NCBI GenBank assembly: GCA_035221665.1
Contig: CM069161.1
Coordinates: 12,524,001-12,588,000, forward strand
Source of the DNA: Okamejei kenojei
Taxonomy: Eukaryota
Reading direction: 5' to 3'
Length of the DNA: 64,000 bases
Position numbers and translations under genes: made by a program. Position 1 is the first letter of the stretch. Each line of letters begins with the position of its first letter. The notes below the pieces were generated by a model, which had not been told where the DNA came from, did not search any database, and saw only the letters and a program-made list of their open reading frames with translations. Positions 22,966-37,704 of this stretch are shown here, piece after piece.

Positions 22966-25900
22966 AACATAGTATCTTGGTGTCTTCATCATACCACCGG
23001 CACATACTTTACAGCCCCTGTAAATCTATTGTGGTGCCTAATACTGCAAACCTGCTGACCCCGGAGAGCAAAAAAAAAACCAAAACACCTATTTCCCCCG
23101 AGTTCAACAAAGCATCTGGCTCATTTCTTATGGAATTATTATCCAACCTGGACCTACGAGGTTTTACACATTCCCTTCAAAACTACGTGAAAGTATTATG
23201 AAACTGCCAAATAAATAGTATTTTGACACAAAATGCTGGCATAACTCAGCGAGACAGGCAACATCTCTGGGGAGAAGGAATGGGTGACGCTTTGGGTCGA
23301 GTCCTTTCTTTTGCCATTTCACTGTTTAACTATACCAATTTTAAACCATTTTCAAAAATCCCTCTTCAATAAAATTAGCTCGTTCTTTCTCCAGCGGAGT
23401 AGGCCCCAGCCGAATCATTTAAATTGCATCATGGCCATTTTACTTTATCTCCTTTAACCCTCTTTTTTTCTAAACCCCAGAAACATGTATCCATGAAACA
23501 TACCCAAGTGTCGTTCATGCTAACTTTATTTGGCCATCACCTTGCCCATCTTCCCCACCACTCATCATTCACAGCCTTTGGAGGCGATGGGGATTTGCGA
23601 TCGGTCGAGGGCAGAGTTCCATCTTTAAAAAGATACCCTTTACGCATAAACGTTTCCTAAATTCATTTCAACAGGCATTGCTTTAATTTTAATATTGTCT
23701 AGAATTCCCTACCAGCACGGTCAGTACATTCACCGATTAAAAAAAAATCATTTTAATATAGATTCGGTAGCGTATCTCTAACTGCTACGTGTAAAGGAAT
23801 GTTTACAAATAATTGAAGATGATGCATTGTTAAAATTTTGGGGCAATATTTCTGGATTCCTGTCTGCTTTATGGTCCAACTATTTTGCACGTTATTTGTC
23901 CTTCACTCTCTAACGTTTGTGGAAGCAACTGTTGGTTTCCACCAATTTGGTAGCCTAAATTATAGAAACTAAGAGCAAAATAGAAAACTATCCGCAAATG
24001 CTGTTAAGTCGTTTATTTCATTAACAACAATCATGGAACCTCGAAGTAATTCATCATACTTTGTGTGAATTCCACATGGTACCAACATCAACCTAAGAAT
24101 ATTGTTTTGGAACTCTTGTTGACATGGAGATACAACCTTTCTATCACAATGGGATATTATGATCCTAATTATCAAGGTCGATCGGGTTGCGGAAATTCGC
24201 GCTGACAAACTTCACAAATCGCTACCAAAAAACATGAGCTCATGCCAAATTATCACCATGGAATGCATATTAATTAGTAAATAAATCAACTCTGTTTAAA
24301 AACAAAAAGTTTCTTGATGCGCGCAATTTTGCATAACGGAAAGTTGTGATATTGCCTGATTTTTCTTGGAGCGCATCCCCTCGTAAGGTCGGGGTCGCCT
24401 GCATTAATATTATATTAAGGTAATATCAGGTGAGTCTCGACATAACGTATTAATTTCTAATTCTCTGGACCACGTATGTACTCACACCTCGCGAGTGCAC
24501 AATAGTTCGACCATACCACTAATGCAAGATAACCTTCCTCTGTAGTTACACGGCACAAATATCGTGTTAGAATTGTAACTCCTTCCACTTGCCAAATGGT
24601 TTTGAGATGAACTGTTGTATGAAAAAGAATGTTCACAAAGAAAGGAAGGTAATGCGTGGATTTCTTCCTTGTCTGCTTAATGATCAAACTATTTTGTACG
24701 TTAGTTAGTTTATTCTCTAAGGTTTCCGCCAGATTGTCAGTCAGTACCTTTTTATATCAATAATAGTGGATGCATTCCTCGGCCATGTCTTTTCCTGTGT
24801 GTGACGGTCCCTGTATCTGAATATATCTGCCTGTAAGCAGCGATACGGAATGTTGTGTTTATTGTAGAATGTATTAATTAATTGTAGTTGAAGGCCCCTT
24901 ACACATTTTTAGATAGTATAACTATGCATGGACGCAAACATTGCTCATATCTACACGAGGACGAGAGTAGGGGCAAGGGTAGAGTAAATATCAGATAATA
25001 ATGAGCTATTGCGACAGTAGAATTTCACTCCGTAAGTCGGGTGGAAGTTCGCAATTTGTCTATACTTACTCTGTAGTTCAAGTACGGAAATAACGTAGGA
25101 ACCTCTTAAGATGTAAAGTGAGACTTCTGCGACCAATGAAGGGTGGGATCTCGAAACCCCAGGGCCGAGCGAGTTAATATTATGCGCCTACACTGCTTGA
25201 GTGCTGATGCCTATCGCGTCTTAATGCGATTACAAGTTCATCTCTTCACCCAGCGAAATGACCAGCGAAATGATCGGCTCTTTTGTAGTATATTGGCTCT
25301 GGAGCGTAAACTCGCAGACGGTAAGCAATTTAGCCACCGCACTCTCTCCGGCCTTTTTGTGTCCGCGATGACAAGTGCGGCAATGAACTTTTCGTCTGAC
25401 TTCAAAGCTGCGGCTATTTCACACCAAATACTATTTATTCAGTCCGTTGTTACCATACTCATTACAGCGGTACGGCGGTTCTTTGCACGATTTCTCCTCA
25501 ATCTTACCTTTCTCCATTTCAGAATTTTAATAAGCGACTTTGCTTTCACCTAATCATTACTTTTTAATTGACTTCCCCATTTCTAACTGCTTGCAACGTG
25601 GACCTTAGGTATTCACCTTGACCTGTCGTTGAAACATATCAAGCAGAATGCCTTTACAATTACAATTAAAAAGAATGCAGTTTGTCTTCTTTATTCACAA
25701 TGTTTGATATTTTTGCCGTTGTAAATTGCCAACTTTGTTTTTTTGCACTTGACTTTAAAATATCAAGGGTTGGTGCACTATTTAACTTTCTGCTGTTTCG
25801 ATTGAGTTGCCGGTCTCGCTCTTATTCATTGTAGAATTAGATTGATCTGATTTCCATGCTACAAGGAACAAAGTCGACCAGTCCGCAGTTGGAGCAGCAG

Positions 25901-28711
25901 AGTTGTTGTCTAATTACCAAATGAGTGAAAATGAGCTCGAATCTGAACTGTGCCCGTGGAAATACATTCTTATTAAAGGTGAAAATTGTTTCAATTTGCT
26001 TTGCAAACTTGTTTAATCTGTAAAAATTCGCTGTAAAGATAACACTATTCTTGAACATAGGGTGTAAATAATGATCAAACGTTGAACAAACCAGGCATTT
26101 AGAGGAAGTATAATGAATGTCTTATCTTTTATTAGTTCACATGATGGTGTGGAGATGTTTTTTGATTTACAAAAATACTCCGTGTTTCAGACCCACGTCT
26201 ATGGAATTAAGACTCCATAATGTTAATGAAAATAGGCGCGAATATATGCTAAAGAACAGTGTCTTTGTGAAGACTATTTTTAAATCGCATTCGTAACGTA
26301 ACAACACCTCCATTCACGCTAACACAAAATGCGGCGATTCGCATAATTCCAAAAGAACTACATTCGGCTGTCCCTTTTAGATTGCAATCGATGTTTTGTA
26401 TTGGTAAACCGTGGTTTTGAAAGATATAATTGATGCAATCGAATTTGCACAGTAACTAAAAGCAAAAAATGATAGAAATTAACAAAATAGATTCGGAATA
26501 CCTCCCTCATAGCGTATTGTAAAATAGAAATATATTTCAGGTTCTTGTGCAACAAACCCTAATTCGCAGTCACCACAAACCATTTATTTCCCATGTGTTG
26601 TATTTCCTCCCAAACCATTTCATCGATGCCGCTGTGTAGTATTACCAGTTACGAACAGTTTTGTAAAAACAGATATTTTCTCCGATGCTGGGGACATATT
26701 AAAAAATAAATTAGCATATTTCTTAAACCACATCATTCTGAAATTGTTCAAAAGCTGGAATTTATAAAAGAATCGTCCCATGATATTTTATATGTTGAAT
26801 TAAAGTTTACTGTTGTAATGTCAAACTAAGAAGGGTCCCGACTCGAAAGGTCGCCTATCCTTTTTCTCCAGAGATGCTGACTGATGCTCAGAGTTACTCC
26901 AGCACTTTGGGCCTATCTTTAGTATAGCATTTGAGTTATTTTTTCCACTATTGCTTAATTTTATCATTGTTTATTTTTTTTAAATTTAATTGCAGGTAAG
27001 AGTGTTATTTTAGAAATGAGTGTTTTAAAAAGAATAAATAGATTAAATACCATTCCTCTCCTCAAATCCCCTTTCACTGGGGAAATATAGTCAATAATGT
27101 TAACTGTACACTGGGGATAACAATTTAAGATATAGACTTATTTTCGAAAGATCCCTGCACCTCTGTACGGTGCTGGAGTTATTAGCATACACTAAGAAAT
27201 AGGAAAAACGTCTATATGTCACCAAAATTCGTGGTTAAGTACCCGCTTATCTCTTTGGGCCTACATCGGTTTGGGAATTTGCTAACCATTTCCATGATGA
27301 CCCAATGGAGATAAAGCTCCAAGGTGAAATGCAGGAGTTTGTTGCTGGATGCTAAAATAACTATGGTGCGTTTGGATGTTGGCCAAGTTCTGGCGACCAT
27401 TTACTTAATAAAACAAAAGTGAGACGATCACAGGACAAAGTAACCAAAGGACGTTGGATGTATTGTGAGCAAGTTATTCTGATCAAATTCCACAGAGTCC
27501 TCATTGAAATCGATGTTTAATAGTTTTATTCTTCGCTTCCGACGGGTGAATCCTTTAGAATTCTGTTTTACATTTCAGCTCAACAAACTCATTTTTCTGC
27601 GTCATCTTTAAGTGGCGCTTTTTTTTTGTTCTTTCATCGCCAGTTACAAAAGGACCAAATATGTTAATTGCAGTAAACTTTCTTTTAGCTCATAATCCAA
27701 TAGTTTGCCTTCCGAAAACAAAAAGGTGGCCGGCAATAAACGAGCCGTCGCTTCAAAAATAGATATTTTAAATTGTGAATGAATAATCGTGGTGTTATAA
27801 TCAATTTTTCGATTTCGTTCTGGGGGGGGGGGGGGGGGGGGGGAGTCTGCATCAGCGGCATTTTCTACCAAAGCGTGGAGAATGAGACAACCGGCCAAAT
27901 TAAGAAAATGACGAACTGCAAGTTTATCGTTTTTCCCCAAAAGCAGGATGTACTAAATGTTTACAAAAATAACGAGCATCTTGGCACATTCCACACGCTT
28001 GATTAGCAGAACCGTGACAATCTCACTGTGAAACCGGAGTTCCCTCACTGGAACACTGTGCGCTTCTTTTTGGATCGGTTACAAAATCTCAATAAAATAG
28101 TAGTTAAAATTATTGTAAAACAGTCAGACTGGTACAAATTAACTACTGTGCCTTTTAGAAGGACACAAGCCACAATTCACCTTGAAAGGACGTTTCAAAT
28201 AAAATTTCTGTTTGCAAAATATTCGGTTGGGAAATACTTTCGTAAAAATAAATAATACCGAAATATTTCGAAATAGAGAATTGGCAATGAGGCAGAGTTC
28301 GTCAATATTATCATTATTCCAACACGAATTACCATTACTCCAAAAAAACCCGATCTTTTTACTTGTTAGTGATGATTCCTTATTGGTGATTTCACACAAA
28401 ATATTAGTATGTCGTGCTATTTACCTCAAATTAATATTAATAAAGATAATGGAAGCATATATTTCAAAACCTTAAACCTATAAGCTATTCTGCCCGCCAA
28501 AAATAATGTAGCGGCTTTGTGCGATCACGTGGTCGGATGTCGTGTCGGGCAGAACCATGTTATAACTAGAGGGGATTTATGCAAACTCTATAAATACACA
28601 AACTATTAAATGTAAGGTTTAGTACATGTCCTAATCCACCCAATGGTTCTTCTCTCCGCAGATGCTGCCTGACCTTCGGAGGGTTTTTAGAACCATTTTG
28701 TTGGTGTTGGA

Positions 28712-28907
28712 GGCAAAATGCTGGCGTAACTCAGCGGGACAGGCAGCAGCTCTGGAGAGAAGACATGGGCGACGTTTTGGGTCGAGACCCTTCTTCAGAA
28801 ACGTCACCCATTCCTTCTCTCCAGAGACACTGCCTGTCTCGCTGAGTTACGCCAGCATGCTGTGTCTATCTTCGATTTAAACCAGCATCTGCAGTTCTTT
28901 CCTACAC
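28712..28907. mobile_element. Penelope-derived fold-back cassette
   Basis: atgctggcgtaactcagcg / cgctgagttacgccagcat are inverted arms; flanking duplication cattttgttg. Confidence 0.8.
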
Positions 28908-29618
28908 ATTTTGTTGTTGTTTTTGGCTCATATTTCTTGAATACTAAGGCTCCTGCCACACTTTGTACTGACACCTCTTACTTTAAATTTACGTGTGCTT
29001 TTAGTCCGTGTGTGTTGGCGACGCAGCTTTCTCTGCGTTAGTGAAATGGCGCTTTGTTCTCAAAGAAAGAGACATGTATGAACTGACCTCTTCGGACAAA
29101 TCCGGGCCATAGAATTGATTTCTTACTCCAGTTTCCAGCACTTTAAACTTTCACAGGAATAAACATCCGCTCCAGAAGGTGCGACCGGTACGTTCCATGG
29201 GGGACTGCGTCCAGGGAATAAAGTTTAATTCTGGTCCTGTTTCAAGGTTAGAGACAGCGGGAGAGAAAACAAGTGGGCGACAAAAATAACAACAGAAGTT
29301 CAGTCATTTGAGGCCAGTCGTCGCGGTCATAAAGAGCTAAAGCGCCGGCGGGGGCAACCAAATTCCTACAAGGCATTTCTTTTCAATCAATCCAAACAGT
29401 TGAAACACTCGGATACTTGCGCAAGGAGACATGTCAGACATGTTATCCGTTGCCAGTTTAAACTTTGAAAACTCCATGACAAACATCCGTGATCAATTAA
29501 TTGACCGGTTTGTTTTCACGGAGACATGGGGTTTTTTTTTTGCATTTAGAGTTTTATTCAAATCTAGCCGAGTAACGAAAGGGAACTATCGGTGGAGAAA
29601 TATGAAGAGACGTGGAGT

Positions 29619-29637
29619 CAGAGAGGGAGAGCGAGCG

Positions 29638-29677
<40 letters not shown>
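29619..29677. repeat. (GA)n microsatellite
   Basis: Directly visible. Confidence 0.95.
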
Positions 29678-29679
<2 letters not shown>

Positions 29680-31517
29680 TGGGTAGATTGTAAGTGAGGG
29701 CTTGAGCGAAAATACCAATCTCACGGTTGCGCTGATGCAGCTTTTAAAGCTTGCGATTTATCCCAAGGCGTTGTATGAAGAACGCACACAGCAGCCGGGG
29801 GCTTTATTGCCTGTCTGTCTGTGTGAACTTTATGTGCTTGCAGACAACTGGCAGCAGAGAAAAAAAGACAGAGACAGCGGTGCCTCTTATAACAACATCA
29901 AACTTGGCGGTCGAGAGCGAGAGAGTGGGCCAGATAAAGAGATCTTTACATAAATAAAGGCCAAAAAAGCTTTTAATCAGGAACCTGAAGTTTATTTGAC
30001 AGATTGAGCCGGATTTGTTATCAGTTTTGGGTGAAAGCAGTGGTAGGATTTGCCTCTGAAAAATGTTGTTTTTTGATTAATATTATTTGATAAGAAAAAA
30101 CTACGTTGGAGACTAGACTTTACTTGCTCCCTTAAAATATCCGGAGCCAGTAGACTAAGCATATTTTCAGTTGTAGTTACGTTGCTAAATTCCTCATACG
30201 GCTTTTAACTTAAAAAAATCCCCCAAGATCGTTTTTTGGTTGGGACCAGATCTTCCAGACTGCTATTTGTAAATATCCTCAAACGCCGAAGACACGAACA
30301 CATCTGTAGTGATTCGAGTTTTAAACATTCTTTAAACAGAGACCAACTCTGTCATTGAGATATCCTGATACAGATGTATAATGTTGCCATTCCTCGCCAG
30401 AATGAAAACCCCATCTATGAATACAGTGGCGGATTACAATTTAGAAGTAATTCAGAGGGCACTAAACAATTCTGAAGGCCCCTTACAAGAAAGTGCATTA
30501 TTTTCTCTTCAGTATTGAAAGTAAATTTCAACGTTTAATTTTCAGTTCACTGGATTGAACAGCCCGTGGCGCACATTAAATACCACTCCATCTATAAAAT
30601 AAAGACCAACAGGAGCGACGATAGTTACAATGGTTGATGTGCCTTAATGATAGAGAATATTCATAGCAGACGCTGTATATTACACAGGCTTCACTTATTT
30701 ATTTGCCGAAAACTAGTCAATTCGATACAATAAACCATGATTTTTCCCCCCTATTAACTCCTGCTCTCCAATGTTTAAATGTCAGAAAGTACAGAACCGG
30801 CGAGATTTAAGATATTCCAATTAATGTAATCCTCATTGCAATTTGAACACGGTTCTATTTCTGGCAGAGGATAACAAGAATATAAAATGAAAGGTGGAAA
30901 GTGGTTTGGTGTAGAACTGAATATCATATTTCTCAAACTATCGATGCCTTGAAAAATAAATCACGATTCATTTCATGGTATGTTTATTGGATGGGGTTCT
31001 GAGGGAAAAAGTAAAACAGGCATTAATGGTAAAAATATAATTGTTTTTAAGATTAAGTCGTTTGTTTAAATTTGGGGACAGAATCCATTCTGGAAATACT
31101 CACAGACTGGGGTATATTTCCCGTCCAATTTGTTTTAGCTGAGTATCTCGCAACATCCTAGTCTTTGCCTTAGTCAACATCCTAAACAGTTTTCCGGCTA
31201 AACGTTGAGCCAAGGGCAGGAATTATCTGATTCCTTCCATTTGATAATAATAACAAATCTGAAGAAATGTCTCACTTCCCATCTTTAAGCGTTTTACTTT
31301 TAAAGTGTCCGATGTTTTACTTTTAGCATTTATCAATTTCAATAGCAGCGAAATGTTCAGAACAAATTTTCTTGCGTTGCATCTTTACCAGTATAGGAAA
31401 CATAGAATAAACTCGTCTTCTCACCATTTTTTCCTAGTTTAAACTTGAAGGATGGGGGAAGTGTTTCCTTAACATCGGTAATTGATTATTTTCCATTGGC
31501 AATCGGTCTAGTGCTGA

Positions 31518-31800
31518 CGGTATACAAAAGGCTGGAGAAACTCGGCGGGTGCAGCAGCATCTAAGGAGCGAAGGAGCTAGGCGACGTTTCGGGTCGAGAC
31601 CCTTCTTCAGACTGATCTTTGTTTAGCTTTAGTTTAGTTTAGTGTTGTCACGTGTAACGAGGTACAGTGAAAGGGTTTTCTGTTACATGCTATCTAGTCC
31701 GCGAAAAGACTACACATGCTTTAAAATCAAGCCGCCCACAGTGTACAGACACAGGATACATGATATAGCGTTTAGTACAAAATAGCGCCCAGTGCAAGTC
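31518..31800 (-). mobile_element. Penelope cassette (intact core 31583-31610) next to a Rex/Babar-like tail (31620-31800)
   Basis: gacgtttcgggtcgagacccttcttcag, then tttagtttagtgttgtcacgtgtaacgaggtacagtgaa. Confidence 0.75.
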
Positions 31801-34489
31801 AAAACAATATACGGTTATTCTCAGCGCCAGTAACTTCTATAATGTAAAATACAATAACATTGTTTGAGAGTCGAGACAGGTAACCATCTTTCAACACATT
31901 TATCTATTCTTTAACCCCAATTTAAAGGCAATGCTATTTCAGTAGTCGAGTTAAAATAAATGAAATACGATGGAGACAAAATAAACGAGAAGAAAATGCC
32001 ACGTTTTTAAATGTTAATTAATGAGCAGAAGCAATTGTCAGATGTGGAATAGGCTCGCAGAGCAGAATGCTGGAACAATTACACAAGTGTTTAAAGGAGG
32101 TTTTCAGGAAGAAGAAGTAGGTAGTGGTTCCCGCAGGAATCCATGATGGGGCATTTGTTTGTCAACATGTAGATAGATATACAATCAACGTTGACACGAG
32201 TTTGGAGGGGCAATGTTGCCACTCTCAGATGACGTACAACTCGGGATGATGGTTCTGAGGATGGGAGGAGTTTGTTTTTGGAGGTGGAGGGGGATGGAAG
32301 TTGTTGGAATATGCAATAACCTATTAGTTTGCTTCTAGATTGTAATTACGTGCCCACANNNNNNNNNNNNNNNNNNNNNNNNNNNNNNNNNNNNNNNNNN
32401 NNNNNNNNNNNNNNNNNNNNNNNNNNNNNNNNNNNNNNNNNNNNNNNNNNNNNNNNNNNNNNNNNNNNNNNNNNNNNNNNNNNNNNNNNNNNNNNNNNNN
32501 NNNNNNNNNNNNNNNNNNNNNTGGAAAAAATCGGGTGCACTTACGTTCGAGTCAACCATACAAGTCAAATTTGATAGTATGTTTGTTGCTTGCGGTTCTG
32601 AGAGAAAATTGCAAATTTCGCATTGATGGTAAAAAATAATTATTTAAGAGATTGTGTCAAAATGAACTTGTCTGGCAATTGAGATAGAACCCCGTATCCC
32701 AGCGCTGATTCAAGTCAATACAAATGCTGCAATCTTGAGGAAAACATGAAGTTCTGGAGGAATTCAGCGGGTCACGCAAATTTGTGGATGGAAATGGAGA
32801 GTCAGACAATTTATCTCCACAGATGCCGCCTGGACCGTTGCGTTCTTCCAACAACTTGAGGTTTAGCGCAAGATTGCAGCGCAAACACCTATCGTGGAAT
32901 GTTAAGTACAAATGTTATTGCTCTAGTTAAGGTAAAAAGTAACGTGGTAAGATGGTGAAAACAAAGAAGTCCATTCTGCCCACCTGGTTGAATCCGCGGC
33001 CACCCCAGTCCCGATCCACGTATCCTTTGATTGCCCCACCCACCAACAATCTATCGATCTCGCCAGAAAACCAGGTCAACAGCTGAACGGCCGAAGTACC
33101 TGGAAGGTGGCGAAATGATTTACAAGGATATCAACAGAAATGAAAAGTGGCATCGACAAGAAAACAAATGACAGCGTTCGTTTCAATGTCAAATAGGGGA
33201 GGATTTAGAAGACTGAAATGTAAAAGTGCTCATTGGGTTGGGGAAACAGCGGGCCGTGTGTGATTAGATGGTCGTGTGCGAAAAAAGATGACCATGAACA
33301 AATGAAACAAAGAATATAGGAGGAGGATGAGTCAGAGGTAGTGCTGAGAGCGGAGACATCGCTTTACATGAAATGCACGAGTAGATAACACTCAAGGGAA
33401 GGTGTGGACGTGAAACCAAAACAGATGGGCAGATACCTATGCAGAGAATTGTATTCCTAATCAGGGTTATGTCACATGAGATGGATAAAAACTGCTGGAG
33501 TCACGAGTCAAGCCAAGCAGCAGGCTTTCAATTTCATATATTGATTTTTTTATGCAGATCTGGAGAATCGAGGGTACACAAAAAGCTAACTCAGGGGTGC
33601 AGGGAGCGTTAGGCGACGTTTCGGGTCGAGACTGGTCAGATCCTTCATCAGACTACCTTATGAGCATGCTTTCAATTTCATATATTGATTGTTCTATTTA
33701 GATATGATTACGTTTACCTTGACCTATTGTTGCAAACATATTCTGGCTTCGTGGCAACTACGAGCAGGCATTTTTGTTCGTACTATATGTTGTAAATGTG
33801 TAATAGCCTAGTCTACTTTTAAAGTTCTTTTTGTATTCTTAGTGGATACATATAACACATTCTTCCTGGGGATTGCTTGCTCTGGTCAGTTAACATTCTA
33901 CCGTGTGACCATCTGGGTTAAAGGAGTTATTCTCTCTTCAGGCCAGAGAATAACTCATATGGTTCCTTCTGCGGCTTTAAAGTTAAACATTCACCGAATT
34001 GCTGCAATTTTAGTCACATTTTTCACATTCACATCTTCATTATGCTTGATTTCGGTCATAAAGGCAGTGCGTAATGGGTACACCGAGAGACATAAACAGA
34101 TCACGAGGAGGAATGTGGCATCACAACCCCCAACAGCTCATTGGGAACCAAGGAGGCGAATTACTCGGGCTCACGGATCGTTTCAAATAAATAATCAAAA
34201 CAAATGGTAGTTTAATTATTAATTTTAGCTTCAGAAATTTAGTTAGCAATATTAATTAACTTTGTAATAAATTACTTGTGGATCCGACGAGTTGGTGGAT
34301 TCAGTTTCCTTATTTCGAAACGCAAAATATGGAGATAAAATAATCTTGGCAATTCAGTAAATAATCTTTATTAGTTTGCCAGAACATACGATGCTCGGCC
34401 TCTGAACATTCTCAAATAATAAAATCACACAATCCTCACCATTTTGGACGCTGTACTTGCTAAATGCAGCATGCGAATGTGAATTTTAT

Positions 34490-34765
34490 TATGTGTAGGA
34501 AGGAACTGCAGATGCTGGTTTAAACCGAAGATAAACACAAAAAGCTGGAGTAACTCAGCGGGACAGGCAGCATCTCTGGCGAAAAGGAACAGGTGACGTT
34601 TCGGGTCGAGACTCTTCTTCAGACTGAGAGTCAGGGGAGAGGGAAACGAGAGATATAGACGGTGATGTAAAGCGATAAATAAAACAAATAAATGAATGGT
34701 ATGCAGAAAAGTCACGATGATAAAGGAAACATGTAATTGTTAGCTGTGGCCTAGGTGAGAACGCC
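34490..34765 (-). mobile_element. Penelope terminal repeat, core 34595-34622
   Basis: Reverse-complement homologue of 22700-22965 and 14235-14387. Confidence 0.82.
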
Positions 34766-35063
34766 ACGCTCAAAATAGAAATTCGCGCTGAATTTATCCT
34801 TGATTACCACCGCTAGTTTAACACCTCAAATTCCACATCCCGCGGTAAAACCCTTCTGCTCGTGGAATAGGCCGCAGGATTTTGCCCAACCACAAAGAAA
34901 GAAGACATTATATTAAGTCTCCACACCTATTTTGCCTCCATTATAACCCTCAGTTTACTGAGCACAGGAGCAGGAAATATGCACTAGGTCAGAGTAGGTC
35001 TTCAAACTATTGACAGACTAATGTAATTTATTAACTTAGTACGGTGCACTTGGCTTAGTAACT

Positions 35064-35342
35064 GCACGGTGGCGCAGCAGTCGAGTTGCTAACCTTACAG
35101 CGCCAGAGACCCGGGTTCTAACCTGTCTGTACGGAGTTTGTGCATTCTCCCCGTTACCGCGTGGGTTTTCTCTCGGTTCTCCGGTTTCCTCCCACACTCC
35201 AAAGACGTGCACGTTGTTGGTTAATTGGCTTCGGTAAAATTGTAAATTGTCCCCAGTGTTAGTGCACAGGTGATCGCTGAGCGGCGCGGACTCAGTGGGC
35301 CCGAGAAACCTGTGTCCACGCTGTCTGTCTACATTCTAAACT
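35064..35342 (+). mobile_element. tRNA-derived SINE (HE1/V-SINE-like)
   Basis: A box tggcgcagcag (35070), B box ggttctaacc (35114-35123), central domain ggagtttgtgcattctccccg...cccacactccaaagacgtgc. Confidence 0.85.
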
Positions 35343-36817
35343 TTATCGCTATTTTTCAGCACGCAGCAACAATTGATGAATCATTCAATTTAAGGTTAAA
35401 TGCAGATGGATGCATTTTGGACTCGAATTATATTAAACGATGCTAAGAATTAGGAAATCAATTATAAACCGAGAGAGAAACTGGCCATACAACGTGAACG
35501 CCCCAAACAAGCATCCAATTGATGTTTATAAAGTCATCGTGAACCAGACCTGGACAATGTGAAAGTGTCTTCCCAAAATAAATCCACGCGTGCACTTAAT
35601 TTGTGGAAACCGCGAGATTCACCACGTAACCGGTGTAATGCTAGTTTTATGATAGTTTGCATAGTTTGGCATTCACTGGGGACAAAGGGCAAGACATAAC
35701 CGTATGTGTGCGAAGCATGTTCATAATATCTAATCGTTGCCCATCGGTTATGAATGCAGCCTACATTCGTCAATATCTGCCATACGCACACATAGCCATC
35801 TGCACCCCGAATCTAACGTTTGCTCTAGATTTTGCAGTTGGAATGAACAGGCGACGATTCGGGTCGAGGCGAACCGACTTGTCGTCTATCCATTCCCTCC
35901 ACAGATGGCGCCTGGCGCCCTGAGTTCCTCCCGCACTTTGTGTTTAGATCAGGTTTCCGGTATCTGCAGTTGCTTGTGTCGCCTTTGTCCCAAACGTCCT
36001 TGTATTTTCCTCATTTGTACACCATTTGTAATTAACACGCAACGGGCAATACCAAAGAGTGTATTATATGTCTTTAGTTTCTTGCACGGAGGTATTCAAT
36101 GCCACCATCCAAATCTCTAACTCTCTCTCTTTGTCATTCGCCTTCAACTCTCCCCGCGAGTGACACATTAACAATAAAGGTCCAACAGTTCGACGAAAAA
36201 CCAAAGCCCGGGTCAACTTGAAAGGACGATGAAACCGAGACATGATGCAATTGTGCAGTGCAAACCTTCCCCGTGTCCCCTGGTTAAACGCGGCGAATCT
36301 TCTGATTTATTAGAATTGTGTTTAAGTAGAAGTCTCAGAAGGGCGAGGCCGAACTAAAGGTATTTCCGTCGGAACTTTGTGGCCCGGTCTCTATTTACTC
36401 CCAGAACGCAGGAGAGAGGGTGGAGGAGGGGTGTGGTGGCTGCGGGCAGGGGGGTTGGAGGGAGGTTGTTGAGAAGATTCGCTGACCGAGTGACAGAGTC
36501 CAGCCAAATGCCTTTGATTAAATATGTCCCAATTTAATGCACGGGTCCAAATGTCCACCATAACACAAATAAATGATTCGAAGTCTAACATTAAATATCT
36601 TTTAAAAAATATATAACAGCGTTTGTCGCATTCGTTCTTGCATTTCTTCGCGAGGTCGAAGTTTCGAAGGTTAGCGCTGAGATCATCTTTCTGTCCGAAC
36701 TCGTTGCTAAACACATTTCTCGCCTGAGTTTCATCCATGTTGGTGAGCACATGTCGGCAAAATAAGTTTTACAAAACGCGCCGAGGAACTAACTGCTCAG
36801 ATGTATTAACACAGGAT

Positions 36818-36915
36818 GTCTGAAGAAGGGTCTCGACCCGAAACGTCGCCTATTTCCTTCGCTCCACAGATGCTGCTTTATCCGCTGAGTTTCTCCAGCA
36901 AATTGGTCTTTACCT
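36818..36915 (+). mobile_element. Penelope-derived cassette, intact core 36820-36847
   Basis: ctgaagaagggtctcgacccgaaacgtcgcc, with tattaaca duplicated on both sides. Confidence 0.78.
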
Positions 36916-37361
36916 ATTAACAGATGCAAACGTGTTTACCCGGAATCTAATAAACGTCATTAATTCCACCATTTTTGTGTCTCCTTGATTAGATATTTGT
37001 CGTTTTTTTCTGTTTATATTCCATCTCCAGTCTCCCTTCCTCGCCTATCCCCACTTTACAACAAATCCCCGACGTCTCCACGCCTTCATATTCGCAGCCT
37101 CAATCTCCCGACTTCATCAGTTCTCTGCACTTTCTTCCCTCGATGCTGCAGCGTTGCAACCATGGCCGGATGTCTGTCATACTGAAAGAATTTTTGAACA
37201 TTCTAATGCTCCCCAGTGAAAACAATAACATATATATCTCTATTAACTTTTGCTGTCCATTTTCCTGACCTCTTTTAACATCTTCGCTGCCCTCTCCTCC
37301 TTTCCACGGCCTCCTTGCCTCTGTATCTCCCTCGTCTCCTTCTTGGGTATTGTCTTCCATC

Positions 37362-37413
37362 TGTCTCTCTCTCCCCCCCCCCTCTCCCCCCTCTCACTCT
37401 CTCTCTCTCCCCC

Positions 37414-37448
<35 letters not shown>

Positions 37449-37495
37449 TATATATATATATATATCACTCTCCACCCCTCTCTCACTCACTCTGC

Positions 37496-37539
<44 letters not shown>

Positions 37540-37704
37540 CTCTCTCTCACTCTCCACCTCTCAGTCTCCACTCTCCTCCCTCTCTATCTCTCAATCCACC
37601 CCTCTCTCACTCACTCTGCACCTCTCTCTCTCAGACTGCTGTCACCCCCCCCCCCCCCTCCCCCTCCCTCTCTCTCTCTCTCCCTCTCTCTCTCTCTGTC
37701 TCTC
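37362..37704. repeat. Compound (CT)n/(TA)n/poly-C low-complexity tract
   Basis: Directly visible; includes the duplicated unit tccaccc(c)tctctcactcactctgca. Confidence 0.95.

Noticed and set aside
30424-30590. hAT-type MITE starting CAGTGGCGGATT
   Set aside because: No convincing matching terminal inverted repeat or 8-bp TSD was found.
35064-35130. tRNA gene
   Set aside because: The A/B boxes belong to a SINE head; there is no cloverleaf and the sequence continues into the SINE body.
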